DNA of 64,000 nucleotides from Antedon mediterranea. Taxonomy: Eukaryota > Animalia > Echinodermata. The stretch's first letter is position 1. Each line of letters opens with the position of its first letter. The position numbers were made by a program, and so were the translations under genes. Of the stretch, positions 37,801 to 51,297 are shown piece after piece. The notes under the pieces were generated by a model. The model did no database searches, was not told the origin of the DNA, and saw only the letters and a list, made by a program, of their open reading frames with translations. The DNA lies in assembly GCF_964355755.1 (NCBI RefSeq), contig NC_092670.1, positions 36,754,388 to 36,818,387 of the forward strand, read 5' to 3'.

Positions 37801-38384
37801 TTGCAAACATTTCTTATATATTGTTGCTTGTCTAGTACATGCTGGATTTTTCACTTGTATACACTACATTTGCTGAGACATACTGCATGTAGTTCATTCA
37901 ATTAAAGATGTCCCCCTGAAAAAATAATTCTTAAAATTGTTACCATTTTTCCCATAATAGTTATCCATTTTGGACAAAAAAATTGAAAACAAATGTATTT
38001 ACCTGAAAAAAATGTAATTTAAAGCAAAAAAATAGTCAAATTGGCCAGCCAATTTGTTTTTGGTTGAATTCAACCATTTATTTTGTCTTTTTCTAAGTGA
38101 AAACATTTGTTATTTTTCGTTTTTTTTTCTAAAGAAGTGATTAACTTGATTAAAACTACAAAATAACCTTTTCAAAGTCTGATTTAATTCATCTTTATTT
38201 TTCATGTTTCTGGGGGACAATACATCTTTAATTTAGAACTCGCCAATTACAGGATGGATAAAGTATTTTATAATTTTTATTACAGTCAATCAAAATGCGT
38301 CTTGAGTTAGCAGAAGATCTTGGCACTGGTATTTCTATCTGGGAGATTGGTCAAGGCTTGGACTATTTCTATGATTTGCTGTAG
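31892..38384 (+). CDS. CHID1: Chitinase domain-containing protein 1 (GH18 pseudo-chitinase, SI-CLP), ~404 aa
   Basis: 11 phase-compatible exons: 31892-32047 (signal/TM), 32287-32442, 32725-32854, 32963-33007, 33567-33673, 33806-33867, 34200-34388, 36181-36336, 36739-36810, 37746-37788, 38286-38384. Hallmarks: [70 protein letters not shown]. Confidence 0.96.
33324..33544 (+). mobile_element. Helentron-like non-autonomous element
   Basis: Starts TTATTACCTCCGCC and ends GGCGGAGGTATGCACTCTCGGAGTAGCTCTCTAGTT (subterminal inverted repeat plus 3' hairpin). A related longer copy at ~34590-35120 shares AATCTTATGTAG.AGAATTTTACAGTAG.CGGAGGTATGCACT. Confidence 0.7.
35770..36139. repeat. Array of ~35-bp CCCCTATTCAGTAGACACCCCTATT..GAAGGTAT units, probably a Tc1/mariner-type MITE with amplified subterminal repeats
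   Basis: Multiple tandem CCTATTCAG/GACACCCCTATT units. The right end GGTGTCCTTCAATAGCGGTCCTACTG reads CAGTAGG on the minus strand. Confidence 0.6.
37902..38231. mobile_element. TTAA-flanked MITE (Kolobok-like)
   Basis: TTAA-AGATGTCCCC ... GGGGACAATACATCT-TTAA. A homologous decayed copy lies at ~31280-31606. Confidence 0.65.
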
Positions 38385-38767
38385 GCTTAATAAGTGGATT
38401 TTCATTAAATATACCAAATAGCAGCACTATTATTCAATACGGACTTTTGGATGCTGATCCAATAATGTCTCGCCTCAAATTTACATACATGGAGCACTGT
38501 AGACTTAAGATTTTGAGTGGGTTTTCATTAACGTAACTGAACGTCTAGGCTACACATAACAAATTGTGATGTGACTATGGACACGATGACGTCATATCAC
38601 TACCATATTTGGGCATATCACACTTTTTTTTGTCCAACTAGTTTGATAGTGTAGACAAAGATTGAAACAATTTGTATTCTGCTGCAACAGTGACTTCAAA
38701 TTACATATCATTTGGTAATACCTTTTCAAGAGGGTTGTCATTTCTGCTCATTGACTATTTACATATA

Positions 38768-39121
38768 CCGTAAATCTTCTAATTGTAACCCTGGGTTGTT
38801 GTTTTTTTAGGGTGGGTTACTATTAGAAGGGGGTGTTACTATTAGAGTAGTGGGTTAATATTACTAATCTTAAATTAGGCACCTGAAAATAGTAAGCCAC
38901 CCCAACTTTTCCGGTCAGCAACTCAGCAAAATAATAAAACAGTAAGAATAAACAAATTTGGTTGAACACTAACTTTATTTTATAAACTCAAAAACACTCA
39001 ATCTTCCCCCACTCTCTAGATCAACCGATATTATCTCGACCAATCATTTTGTCAATAGTTTTTGTGATTCTAATAGTAACCCCCCCCCCCCCCCTATGAG
39101 TTACTATTCAAAGATTTACGG
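38768..39121. mobile_element. Tc1/mariner (pogo-like) MITE
   Basis: TA-CCGTAAATCTT.TAAT.GTAAC ... GTTACTATTCAAAGATTTACGG-TA: TIRs with a TA duplication and internal GTTACTATTAGA repeats. Confidence 0.8.
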
Positions 39122-39931
39122 TACAGTCAACCTACAAACTTTGGCGTAGCCTAGCCTGGTGGTTTCTCTGCTGATGCGCGCAATTCAACAGCTCAATTTA
39201 TGTCCATATTTTTCTGCCTGTCGTCCTAAGTGGTCGTTGTTGAATGTATCTCATATTGTAAATGCTCCCAGGACAACGATGTATAATAAACACAACTCAT
39301 CTTTGTATCTGTGCTTTCTGTCGTCTAAAGCTGAAACATCGTCCATTTTAGTCATCCAATTAAATGCAAATAGACACAAATTTTAATTGATACTGTATGT
39401 ATATTTTATTATATGCAAAAATAATACTATAGTAGGCCTATGTACTACCTATTATAATACGCACAGTTGTAATAAAAATGTCTTATTAATAACCAGACAA
39501 AAACAAAGCGTCACAAATTGTAGGGAAAGGGTCTTTAAGTGTACTACGATACAGATGGGCTTTGAAAGGTTTGGAGTAGGGTAGGTGTTAACTACAAACC
39601 TGGGACGATTCGGCCCTGAGACGATTCTGCCCACTTTTAGACCGAAACATCCCACTTTGTGGGCCAAAACGTCTCACTTTAGTCCAAACCAATGATTGCT
39701 AATATACATTTTTTCACACCTTGACTTATCTATCCCCCCCCCCCCCTCTCCCTTTCTGCACCGGTACTTTTGAATTATGAACATTTATGTTGTTTAAAAT
39801 ATAATTATACTTTCAGTAAATATATATTTCATCTCAATCAGTACTCGCGTACTTTACCAACCACCTACATTTTTTAAAGAACGTAGATATGCATTGATTA
39901 GCAGGTATAATCCTGCTCTACCTTTTCTATT

Positions 39932-41014
39932 TCACTGTCTATTCTGAGGTAGTTCACATACATAAAAGAGTTTCCGGGAACAAGAAAGATCGTTCCATGT
40001 CACGTTCGCAGTAGCCCGGTTCCACAGGTGAACACAGTCTTCGTTAAGGGTAGTGCCGGCGTTGTCAGGTTGGCCGGCATGCCAGATTGTATAATCTACC
40101 CGATCATCGTCAGACCATAGCCAAGTACCTTCGGTCTCGCCATCCGTCAATCCAATCCAATAGGTGTAATCTGAAACAGCTACCATACCACCCGTAGCTG
40201 AATTCCAAAGCTTGGAGACAAATCGGTTTTCATCCTCCGACCGAATGGACACCAAATGCCCCATCGCAAACCTTTGATTGAAAATGAAAACAATCTTTTA
40301 AATTGTTTTTATCCTACTATAAACTATAAACTTTCCACACAATTGATTACATTCTGAATAATAAATGTTCTTTGAAGTAATTATGTTAGTGAATGTGTTA
40401 TGTATAATACAGTATTTGGTTTTTATACCTAAACCTTCTTAACCCACCTCCGCTATCCTATCATGTTGTATGTTTATTTTGTTACTCTGTATTTAGCTCT
40501 ATGTGGAAATAAATGTTATAATTATTATTATTATTTTCAAAAATAAGATAAGCGTTTTGTTACTAGCGTAGTCAGTAACCCGTTAAATTATGTCGATTAC
40601 AAATCTAAACATAAAGCTATTTTTAGTCGCGTCCAACGCGACTCTACAGCTCACTATGTCGGTCGGTCCGTCGGTCGGTTGGTCGGTAAAAACTAACTTG
40701 AGCACGCGACTGCAGCCATGTATATGGCCTTGTTTTAAACAGTAGTGACGTAATTATTAAAATATATTCATCCGGTTTCTTAATTATTTTTTTTCGTAAT
40801 TATTTGGTGGTACTAATTGAAATAAAAAAGTAAAACTAACGAACCCATTAAAGTAAGTATTGCATCTTTCCTCTGCTTGTGACCAGGTTAACTTGAACCC
40901 AAATATGCGATAGCAGTTACTTTGAAAAGGAACCCAAAATGCAGGACATAATTGACATGACTCGCTTGTAGACAGTGCTACTGCGATGAGCGCAACCACG
41001 ATGACTATCTTCAT
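39932..41014 (-). CDS. Secreted C-type lectin CTL1 (single CRD, QPD/WND galactose-type), ~169 aa
   Basis: Exon 41014-40845 (signal peptide MKIVIVVALIAVALS; CPAFW...CY...W..AE..C) plus exon 40271-39932 (HLVSI, YWIGL, QPD, EDCV, WND, C); phase-2 intron. Confidence 0.93.
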
Positions 41015-41947
41015 GTTGGTGTTTCTAAAAAGCAAAGACAGTTAGGCCTAAAATATTTTACATATACTTATATGTACATATATTTTATATATATACCAAT
41101 GTATAACATACTATACTGTAAACAATATTATATGCATTTTTACTTTTTCTTGTTATAATTGTTGAGTATCATTAGATAATAATAAAGAAAATAAGTGTAT
41201 TATGTGAGAAATATTTAATTATTATGATGAACGCGTATTTTTCGCGTATTTGACGTATCTCCTCCAAAACCACTGAAAGGTACATGCTCACATTTGGCAC
41301 ACTGATGTTTATTGATGGGCCCGGTCATCCCGGACTCAGGCGCCTCCTGCCCTAAGATTTGAATCGAAGAAATTGAATGAAAGTGGCAGAAATTCCAAAG
41401 AGGCTCTGGAGAAATGAATAAAGAGCAAGAGGCTAGAGAAGAGAAGCACGAAAACTCAAACCATCAAATCAAAAGTTACTGCAATAAAACATCAATGGCA
41501 AGGAAGAATGTAAAAATAATAAAACCAAATTCAGCTTTTATAAAGAACGTTCTTCATTCGGATTTTTACATAAACAAATTATTAGATTATTGAAAATATA
41601 ACTCACGGATTCGTCGAAGAAAACTGCCAATGCGGGTTTCAGCAAAACGTTTTTAGTCGCGTGGACGCGACTCTATAGTTCACTATGTCTGTCGGTCTGT
41701 CGGTCTGTCGGTCTCTCCGGTATCACTATGCGTTTAAACACGCAACTTATGGCTGTTGGCCTTGTTCTTCTAAATGATACTATGATGTACAACACAAAAT
41801 GTGTTATACTGTTCTTAGTACAACGAGTGCATTTATAATTATGTAAGAAGGTGTGCAACCGTACCCCACATTATTTTTCCTTCATTGATGTTATCTTACA
41901 AAAACAATGAACAAATAACTAACAATGGATTATTTGTTTCTCTTTTA

Positions 41948-42260
41948 ATAATAATAATAATACCACATTTATATAGCGCCCTTTTCATGAGTAATCATGC
42001 TCAAAGGCGCTTTACAAGCATTATTACCCCAGTATTTTTTGGGATCAAACACGTATGGAAACATACTCCCATAATGCAGCCGGTAACCAGCGCAAAGTTG
42101 TGTCTAGATCTAACTAGGTACCCATTTATACACCTGGGTGGAGAGAGGCAACGTAAGTAAAGTATCTGGCCTACGGATACAAGCAATGCGGTGAGAGTTG
42201 GATTCGAACCTAGGTCTGACGATCGGTAGTCCAACGTCCAACACACTGCGCCACACGCCC
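41948..42260 (-). mobile_element. tRNA-derived SINE with a conserved central domain and L2-like tail
   Basis: Minus strand: GGGCGTGTGGCGCAGTG (A box), GGTTCGAATCC (B box), CTCTCCACCCAGGTGTATAAATGGGTACC, then GTAAAGCGCCTTTGAG...GGCGCTATATAAAT and (ATT)n. A truncated head copy lies at ~63285-63368 (+). Confidence 0.85.
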
Positions 42261-43691
42261 TTACCCTTTACAAACATATTGTCAACAGATCAGCAAATAG
42301 AAACTAATGGAAAAACGTAGGCCATATTTTTATATTATATTTTAAGGAGAAAAGAGGATAGTAAAATGGAAAATACAATAAAGTTGATGCTTGAATTGAA
42401 CAATAATCGATTAAAATTAACATTTGTCTGTTTAGATGTTGACTAGTGGTGGTATATAGAGCTACTGTTATCGCAGTATATATGAGTAATGCCACATTTT
42501 GTATTTATTTTATTTTTGGCATTTTTATTATAGTGTTTGTTGTTGTTAAAGCACTGTTAACTTTAGAATAATGTACCGTTCGTAATGTTAATTTCAACAG
42601 GATGTAGGCTTAGATTAGCTTCTTTCCTAGATCCTTTTGATCTTTGGTTTATCATACGTGCATGTATTTGTACAACAGTTCTTTTTTCTTTATATTTTTC
42701 AAGGCAAGCCAAGATTTGAGCACTGTAATTTCCATTATATTGGATAATAAAAGGAACGTGTATCTGTATAAAGTTAACCAATCAAAGCAAACAATTATTC
42801 TTTCTTTAAAAGAGATATATTTTTTTACCATTATTTTTAGAATACCGGTAATAACGGAGTGGGAAATGACCTCCACACCTTCTCTCAATTATACTCTGTC
42901 TACACTATCAAACTTTATGTGACCATCAAAATTGATGTGCCCATATATGGACATACTGGCATATCACTACCAAATTTGGACACATCACACTTTTTTGTCC
43001 AACTAGTTTGATTAGAGAACTCGTATCCAATTAATGTTTTCAATTGATGTAATGATGTAACAGATAACTGATTGCGAGTATGCGCGTCATATTTATGTTT
43101 GACGAGCAATGTTTTTCCAAATGTGAATCCTCGATATTGGTAATAATCTTATACTCACTAATATTATAGGTCATTATCGAACATAAGGAAGTTGGACATT
43201 TGAAAAATATTAGTAATTTCGTTTACAAAGAAATTAAATAATAATTAAGGGTGCGCGAATGGAACCTTAAGGTACGCCAGAGTGATCCAGTAGAGGATTT
43301 GATGTTGTACTATCGACGACAGCGCTCTACAGTCAAGATAATTTTCAAACAAACTAAATAAGGAGGACCTGTGATGCCACAGAGTTTGAGTAAAAGTTGT
43401 GTTTCGAATTATCAATAAAAGATAATGCACCATGACGTGTTTACCACGCCTGTATCCGTACAAATGAATTCTGAATAGATTCAAGATTCAATTTATTGTC
43501 ACATAATATTACATACATTTTTTCCTGAGCTTGGAAACAAAAGATACAATACATTTGAAACACAATATAAAAACGCAATACCTTAACTAATTATTTTGAA
43601 AAATGTACATTATATAGATGACAAGCATATAAAAAAAGAGAATAGTACATTGATTTACCATGCAGTATGCTGCTCAATATTTCCAATTTTG

Positions 43692-44672
43692 CTATATATT
43701 CTGAGGTAGTTCACATGCATAAAAGAGTTTCATGAAACAAGGGAGATCGTTCCATGTCACGTTTGCGGTATCCCGGTTCCACAGGTGAACACAGTCTTCA
43801 TTACCGGCGTTATCAGGTTGGCTGCTATGCCAGTTTGTGTAAACTGCCGGACGATTGTTGTCGGACCATAACCAAGTAGCTTCCGTCTCGCTATCGGTCA
43901 ATCCAATCCAATATGTGTAATCTGAAACGGCTGCCATACCTCCCGTAGCTGAATTCCAAAGCCTAGAGACAAATCGGTTTTCATCCTCCGACCGAATGGA
44001 CACCAAATGCCCCATCGCAACTCTAAATAAAAAATAACAAAATCATATACAGATCTTTAATTGAGGTTTCACTTGTCACTAGAATGGCGGATTTGTTCTT
44101 ATTATTTTAACTTATTTTTATCCTACCACGATATAATTCCATTTCTTTTACTTTCTATACAATTTATTAAATCCTATGCCTAATAAAATGTTTTAGTATT
44201 AGTGTTATTTGTACATTTGGTGTTTAGTAGGCCTATCTATGTGACTCCACCACTCATCAAATCTTGGCGACAACTTTCAACAGTTTATGACTAAGATAAG
44301 TTTTTGTTACAGACTTGCCTCAAGTCTGTAGTTATTTTCTTATTTATTTTAGTCAACCAGTCGGCGTTTTGATTGTGTTTCATGCTGAAGTAACGACCAA
44401 TGTTTAGTCGAAATACAGTCTAGAACTAGCGTAATCAGTAACCGGCCGTTGGATTATATAAAAATGTAACGGTACTGTAATTCAAAATCAAAACTAACGA
44501 ACCCATTAAAGTGACTATTGCAGCTCTCCTCTGCTTGTGACCAGGTTAACTTCAACCCAAATATGCGATAGCAGTTACTTTGAAAAGGAACCCAAAACGC
44601 AGGACATAATTGACATGACTCGCTTGTAGACAGTGCTACTGCGATGAGCGCAAACACAATAACTATCTTCAT
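43692..44672 (-). CDS. Secreted C-type lectin CTL2 (QPD/WND), recent duplicate of CTL1
   Basis: Exons 44672-44503 and 44022-43692. Protein nearly identical to CTL1; open frame. Confidence 0.93.
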
Positions 44673-44871
44673 TTTTCAATTTTCTGTAAGAAAAAAGCAA
44701 ATAAATTATTATCAATCAAACGCATAAATTCAAATGTAAAACCTGCGATCTATTTAGATTTGAATATACCATGAAAATCCTGGTGGTCAAATGGCCGGGT
44801 GCAAAGTCAAGCTCAACTTGTCTTAACAAAGGGCTTGTTTTACGCGGTTTCACATATATTACATTACCGTA

Positions 44872-45186
44872 TTTGAAGAGTACTGAAAATGGTACTTACA
44901 ACAACGTTTCGCAAATATTCAGTTTGCTTTCTCAAGTAGACTGGTGGCTACAGTCTGGTCAATACGTCACCTCGTTGTTTTTTAGGGCGCTGTGTTTTGT
45001 GACAATGATGTTAGTCTCCCGATTGTTTCCCTGGGTCTGAATGATGTCATCCTATATTATGTGAGAGGTTATGTCCATCGTTAACCCTGTTTATTGTATG
45101 TGTAGTTTTTTCAAGATCAACAGTCTACTAGAGAAAGCAAACTGTTTGCGAAACGTTGTTGAAGTACCATTTTGAGTACTTTTCAA
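44872..45186. repeat. ~70-bp inverted repeat pair resembling Penelope-like pseudo-LTR ends
   Basis: 44872-44943 is the reverse complement of 45121-45186 (CAGTCTACT.GAGAAAGCAAACTG...TTTGCGAAACGTTGTTG.AGTACCATTTT.AGTACT). Confidence 0.6.
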
Positions 45187-45802
45187 TCGATTGGATCAAC
45201 AAAGAAGAAAAATTCTCTACTATAATACTAAAATGCAAATAAAACTATTTTAAGACATAATTGCAGGGTTACTATTAAATACTACCATCTAAGGGCGTAT
45301 CAACCAATTTAGTGTTAATGTTCCCAAAATGCAGACCCCTTAGTCCCGAGAAACAAAACCCAGACAAAGTACCACTAAACGGTTGTCCCACGCTGTTTGA
45401 AAGCCACTAATCGGAGTCTTTTATTGACAGTGAAGCAAATATAGTTAAGCTTACCAAATCTGTCAGTGTAAATCAAACTTCTGCATCGAACTGGCCATCC
45501 AAACGAAGAGAGTAAAGCTTTATACAAATAACAAGCCATCGATTACCGCTGAGAGATTAAGGTAGTAGTCAATAGGGCAAAAAAGGGTATTACCACTAGC
45601 TCTTTTTTAGATATGTAATAGGCCTAAGTGAATGTTTTAAGGTTTTTTATTCATCTATGTTTTTAATTTTATGGTACGATATCTAATTTTAATAAGATGT
45701 TTCTATTTTTATAGCAATTTTAACTAATTTTTAGGCATTTGTAATACAATTCATTTCAGTCCTTGACTGTCGTTTTGTAATATATTTTATATACCGAATA
45801 AA

Positions 45803-45833
<31 letters not shown>

Positions 45834-46718
45834 AAAACGATCGTTACAAACTGAAAGGACAGTGTGCAAAAAGATGCGGATAATAATTAGACATGAAGAA
45901 CGAATAATAACAAAACTAACATTTAATGGCGTCACCTCAGCGAGTTATTGGTTCGGAGGGTTGTGAATTTGACGACTCAATAACTAATGAACTAGAAGTA
46001 TCTGAAGTATTCCCGAAAGTTATCGGGCAGACTACAATCCAAGTCATATTTACTGCAAATTTGTAATAGATGGTTAAAATAGGACTATGGTTAAACATAA
46101 ACATATGAACTTCTTTTAACACAGTTTTAAAAATGAAAAAAGATTATGTGAGATCACAAACTCTGTTCTACCGTCCAATAATGTGGCCTGGATTAAAAGT
46201 AGGCTTAAATGGTTAAGCGTTTTACCGGATGTGCGGTAAAAATAACACACACCTTATTAAAGTATAGATCAGTGTTAAATGCAATATTGGTCTTTAGGGA
46301 TGAATCATGTACTTTGTTTTTATTATTTTAAATTATTTTATTCAAATTTATGCCAAATACAAAGCAAACAAATAGCCTATATACCTAAAAGGCAAGATAA
46401 GACCAAAAGGTAATAGTTGGTCAACCCAAAACAGACGGATCGATTACTTATATATAAATTATTCACAATATCAGATAAATATAAAGTACATACAAAATTA
46501 ATTGAAGGTGTGAATGGGGTTAAGCTGTAAGCTAATGCTTTAGACGCAAAGCCCCTTAAAACTGATAAATTTAAAATAAATAAATAATAAAAACATAAGA
46601 AATTGACCATCTGCAAAATGTCCTAAAGCAGCGTGCTACAGATTCTAATAAACTTTTTGATACGACTACTGCACACAAATAAAACACAACGTTTCATCTA
46701 TATTAAATATTAAATTGA

Positions 46719-46950
46719 AGTGGAGTTGTGGCTTGGTGGTTATGATGCTTGGCTACCAATCCAAGGGTCCTGGGTTCAAGTCCTGTCATATGTCAGGACA
46801 ATTTGCAACTCCACTCCCAAAGACTTGTAATTAAGTCTTTGTTTATGTAGAGCATCTATATTATGTTTGTCTTTTGAGAGAAGGATAGTGATTAAGTTCA
46901 CTTGTGGTTATCCTTGGCAATCTGCCTAAAAAATGAATAAAAAAAAAAAA
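46719..46950 (+). mobile_element. tRNA-derived SINE with an A-rich tail
   Basis: TGGCTTGGTGG (A box), GGTTCAAGTCC (B box), tail TGCCTAAAAAATGAATAAAAAAAA. A near-identical inverted copy lies at 57400-57667. Confidence 0.85.
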
Positions 46951-48104
46951 TCATAAATATGACTATCCTTTTTGTATTTCAAAAATAAATAGGCCAATAA
47001 ACTTTAACAAAATAAATGATTAAAAAAAACCAAAAAGCACTTATCTTCAATTGTTTGAGTTTGGTAAGCCTATTGCTTCCTTATCCGGGAAGATATAGAT
47101 TATTTTGCGTACACACAAATCAGACGCACCTTGTCTTTCCTTCCGTCTATCATGGACAATAATTCATAACTATAATTCTCCACGCTTATACCTGTGCAAA
47201 GGTTCAAAGAGAAGAAAGCAAATGAATACCCTCCTTTTAGAACAAAAACATAAACTAATGACCGAATAAATGACGTAATAAATCAAGCGCTCGGAAACTA
47301 CAAATACTACAAAATACAGACTCGAGAGACATATGGTGTGGTACTATTATTATTTTTGGCCATACATTAACTCGAATTCATATTTTTTTTCTTTGAATGA
47401 TCCAAAAGAAAAACGTTATGAATACTATATAGAAATCCAGATGAAACTTTTCAAAAATGTTCAGTAATAGTAGTATTTTTTTACTCCAAAGCAAGTCTCA
47501 CAGAATTATACTTTTTATTTAAAGAATGTTTATTTAAAATAATATTTATAAAATTGATTTATAATTGAAATGAAATGCACTTTGTATTTCGTATTATATT
47601 TGATAACTTCTTCCACACAATAATAATCTATACAGGCCTACCTAATACAGAAATTGTTCTAGTAAGAGAACTAAGGTAGGACAGAAGAGGATTACATATG
47701 GGTTCAACAGGGAGTGGAATCCATTACCTTGATAAACTACTGAAGTATAACATCACACAAAACAGGAAAAAGAAAATGTCACTTCTTTTTTTACAGTTTA
47801 GAAGAAAGTTATTTGTCTACCAATCCTTCTGTCAACAGATAACAATAAAATTTGGTTTTGTAATTTTCCTTGGAGAATCAGTGAGTATTTTCAAATGCTA
47901 TTTTTTTTTTACTTACCGATTTTGTTGTTCGTTCGTTTTATTTCACAATGCATAAAATAAATTATTACAAATTATTCATTTAAAATACGGATACACGGCA
48001 CAATGAATGATTGCAATGAATAATTCATTGATATTAATTATATATGAAATAGGGAGTTGCAGGACATAATGCGGGGCTGAAATGACAGGCTTTTATTTTA
48101 CGTC

Positions 48105-48455
48105 CTAATTACTATTTGATTTTAGTTAGTAACTAATTATTTATTTAATTTAACTACGATTTTAGTCATTCAACTGAATCGTGAACTACAATTTATTTGT
48201 TTTAGATATTCAAATAATGAATTATATTGATTAAAGGCTATTACTTTACGTGAACTACAATTTGTTTTATTAATCTAACTATTATTGAAGGCTTTTACTT
48301 TTACTTGAACTACAATGTGATTTTAGTGATTCAACTGAATCGTGAACTACAATTTATTTGTTTTAGATATTCAACTAATCAATTATATACCTATTGATTA
48401 AAGGCCTTTACTTTACGTGAACTACAATTTGTTTTAGTAATTTAACTAATATTAC
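48105..48455. repeat. AT-rich tandem repeat built on TGAACTACAATTT units
   Basis: Recurring GTGAACTACAATTT(ATTT)GTTTT and ATTGATTAAAGGC..TTACTTTAC, with a ~160-bp higher-order duplication. Confidence 0.8.
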
Positions 48456-48974
48456 CCTGGAAGCGATATTTTTTGCATACATAATTTAAGGACCCCCATG
48501 AAACATCACAAAATAATCATGCATTACTCATCAGACATATGCATAGATGTCACCAGGGCCTCATTTTCCAGAGGCATTGGCCATGTTTCCGAGAATCATT
48601 CGGGCACACCCACTAGAGGGTGCGCGAGCGAAGCGAGAGAACTCTCTATATATATAATTCTTATAAAAACGTTTTGTTAAAGTCTCGAGGAAAAAACATA
48701 CGCCTATTTCTGTGTACTATTTTCTATGTCGATAAAAATAAATTGATGTGCAGTCAATTAATTTGTGTTCATAAACATTATCTCAGTCATTAACTGGTTT
48801 GTAGATGACTGGTACCATGTAAATAATTAATTTGTTTATGTTCGTTCTTGTTTATTTTACTATGTATCATTCACTTTGTTTTATGAGCCCTAAACATTTC
48901 ACTTCATCTAAAGTAGACTATACAAAAATATATTTTCCATAAATGTCTGTGTTTTGAATTGTAGGCCTACATAA

Positions 48975-50098
48975 ATGGAGGTGATTTTTGTTATGTTCGT
49001 GCTCATCGCAGCAGCTTCTGCAGAGTCGTGTCAACCATGTCCTACATTTTGGGTATCTTACGAAGGCAATTGCTACCGAATCTTTGCTGACAGATTAACT
49101 TGGTCAGAAGCCGAAATCAAATGCAAAAACTACACAGCCAGGTTCGTAAGATACATAATTGTTAGTGACTTATTAGGCCTCGCTAATCAGGACTCGAAAC
49201 CCACATCGGACGATCTTTTGGCCGCTATCAAGTTATAACCAACTGCATTACCTTTCAATTTAGGAGCCACAATTAAGATGTCTCTGTTAGGCTACTTTCT
49301 CAGTATTTGTCAAAGACGATCCTACCATTGAAGAGTATATTATATGGTTGTGAGGCCTAGAGTGGGAGAATATTAGACTCTCATGTTTGTTTTCACCGTA
49401 GCCTATAGTCCAACAGTCTCAACCATGCCCTACAGTCGTGTGCTCCTTGCTACCAAATTGCTGTGGAAAAGTTAACATTATGGAGAGATGTTGAATTTTT
49501 ATAAAATATCTATAGGCCTAATGTAATTAAAATGTTTTTTAGTGAATATATCATTGCGTTATTCTCTTTTAAAGTGTTTTATTTACGGACCGCAGTAAAA
49601 TATTAATAATAACATTAAATAATACCATTTTGTAGTTTTAAATTTCTAAGTTCTTATACTTAATTGCCAACTAGAATAAATAAGAATACCATTACATGTC
49701 ATTTCTATTAATACTTATTACTCTAACACTTACGTAAATATACTTTATTCAATTAAAGGAGTGCAATTGGACATCTCGTGTCCATCCGAAGTCAGGAAGA
49801 AAACGAGTTTGTTTCGGTACTTTGGAATTCGGCTACTGACGGATTGGTAACCCGTGGGTCATTGGCAACCTACTGGATTGGATTGACCAATACAGAAAGT
49901 AATGGATGGTTGTGGAGCGACAACAATGAAGAGGCCAACTATACAAACTGGGATGTAAATCAACCCGACAATTACGGTGGTTTCCAAAACTGCGCAACAG
50001 TGTGGAATCGAGATGGTTTACAGACAAAATGGGACGATACATCTTGTTACGATCAACAAGGTTATGTTTGCAAAATCTCATTTCAGCAGTATGATTAA
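48975..50098 (+). CDS. Secreted C-type lectin CTL3 (QPD/WDD)
   Basis: Exon 48975-49141 (MEVIFVMFVLIAAASAESCQPCPTFW...) plus exon 49759-50098 (HLVSI, YWIGL, QPD, WDD); phase-2 intron; open frame. Confidence 0.92.
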
Positions 50099-50977
50099 AA
50101 TAAAATAATGGAAACTAAAATTAGTTCTAGACAGGCCTATAAGTTGATATCTCTTTTTTTACACAAAACTAAACCTTTTTTCTCTGATTTCTTTGTATTC
50201 AGGGCATGACCCACAATGTAAAACAGGTTTTTCTTTACCTGATTGTGTAATCCTGTATACAGATAAATAAATATGAGGTAAATAAAGAAGATTTTCTCTT
50301 ATTATTATTACATATTAGATTTGATTACTAGGGTTATATCAAAATACATTTTGCATAGAGTAGGCTAATAAAGAATATAAATAATATGATAACTGTGTCT
50401 GATCATAACATTTTTGTGTAAGCAAGTTATATTGGATGATCGGAATCAATGCCAAGGTGCATCCATGGTTATTTTGATCGTGTTGTCAATAGTTACAATT
50501 TACATTTTTGAACACTGTTTTCTTTCCGTAATAAATTTCCGTCATTGATTTTTAAATCATAACAATTAGTACATCGGTCAGATGTTTTGCCCTACAGTGA
50601 CGTTATTTGTACTTTATACTTCACACAAATTACGTCAGAGTGGGGGCAAAACATATGACCAATTACTCAACTCCCTGACGCAAAGCTACTCCACAGATTA
50701 CAACCAAATAAGTACATCATTTTTATTATCATCGTACGTACTCGATAATTGGTGAGCAGAAACAAACATTTAAAAAAAAAAATTCTATTCATAACGATGA
50801 TTATTGAAAAATATTGCATTGCGGTCATATAAACTTTAAAACGTTCTAAATGTCGTTTTTATAATGTCCTAATTTATTCCATAATCAATCTCGTGAATGT
50901 TTTATTACGTCTGCCTTAATTAACATGATACGACAACAATAATGCTGCTGGGAGCAGACTACAATATGAACAGGACA

Positions 50978-51297
50978 GCGGGCTGCATTATTTTTTTTCC
51001 CATTAGGTTAAGGCAGAAATCATGAATAATTCATGAACCTACTTATTTATATGATAAAGACTAAATAACCCTCTAAATAACCTCTCTCAACTAATAAAAA
51101 AAAGTACGGATGAGCATCCAACCCCAGAGCCTATCCCTATTGACCTACTGTTTGACATTGCAAATCCGGTTTACACATCAAGTATTTGATCTCTGTCTAT
51201 GCAAATATATAGTGACCCCTTTCATGTTATGATTAATCTCATGAATTATTAATGATTTTTGCCTTAGCCTCATAGAATAAAAATAATGCCAGCCGGG
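50978..51297. mobile_element. Inverted-repeat element (MITE-like)
   Basis: CGGGCTGCATTATTTT...AGGTTAAGGCAGAAATCATGAATAATTCATGA pairs with TCATGAATTATTAATGATTTTTGCCTTAGCCT...AAATAATGCCAGCCG. Confidence 0.65.

Noticed and set aside
31892-38384. CHID1 lacking the catalytic DxDxE motif as a novelty
   Set aside because: This is the established state of the CHID1 family.
45250-45600. Slightly GC-richer stretch that could be a decayed retroelement ORF (similarly 41350-41510)
   Set aside because: I could not recover any recognisable protein motif by eye; a translated repeat-database search is needed.
46719-46800. tRNA-like sequence (also ~13970-14050, 42190-42260, 57590-57667)
   Set aside because: A and B boxes are present but there is no complete cloverleaf, and each continues into a SINE body and tail.
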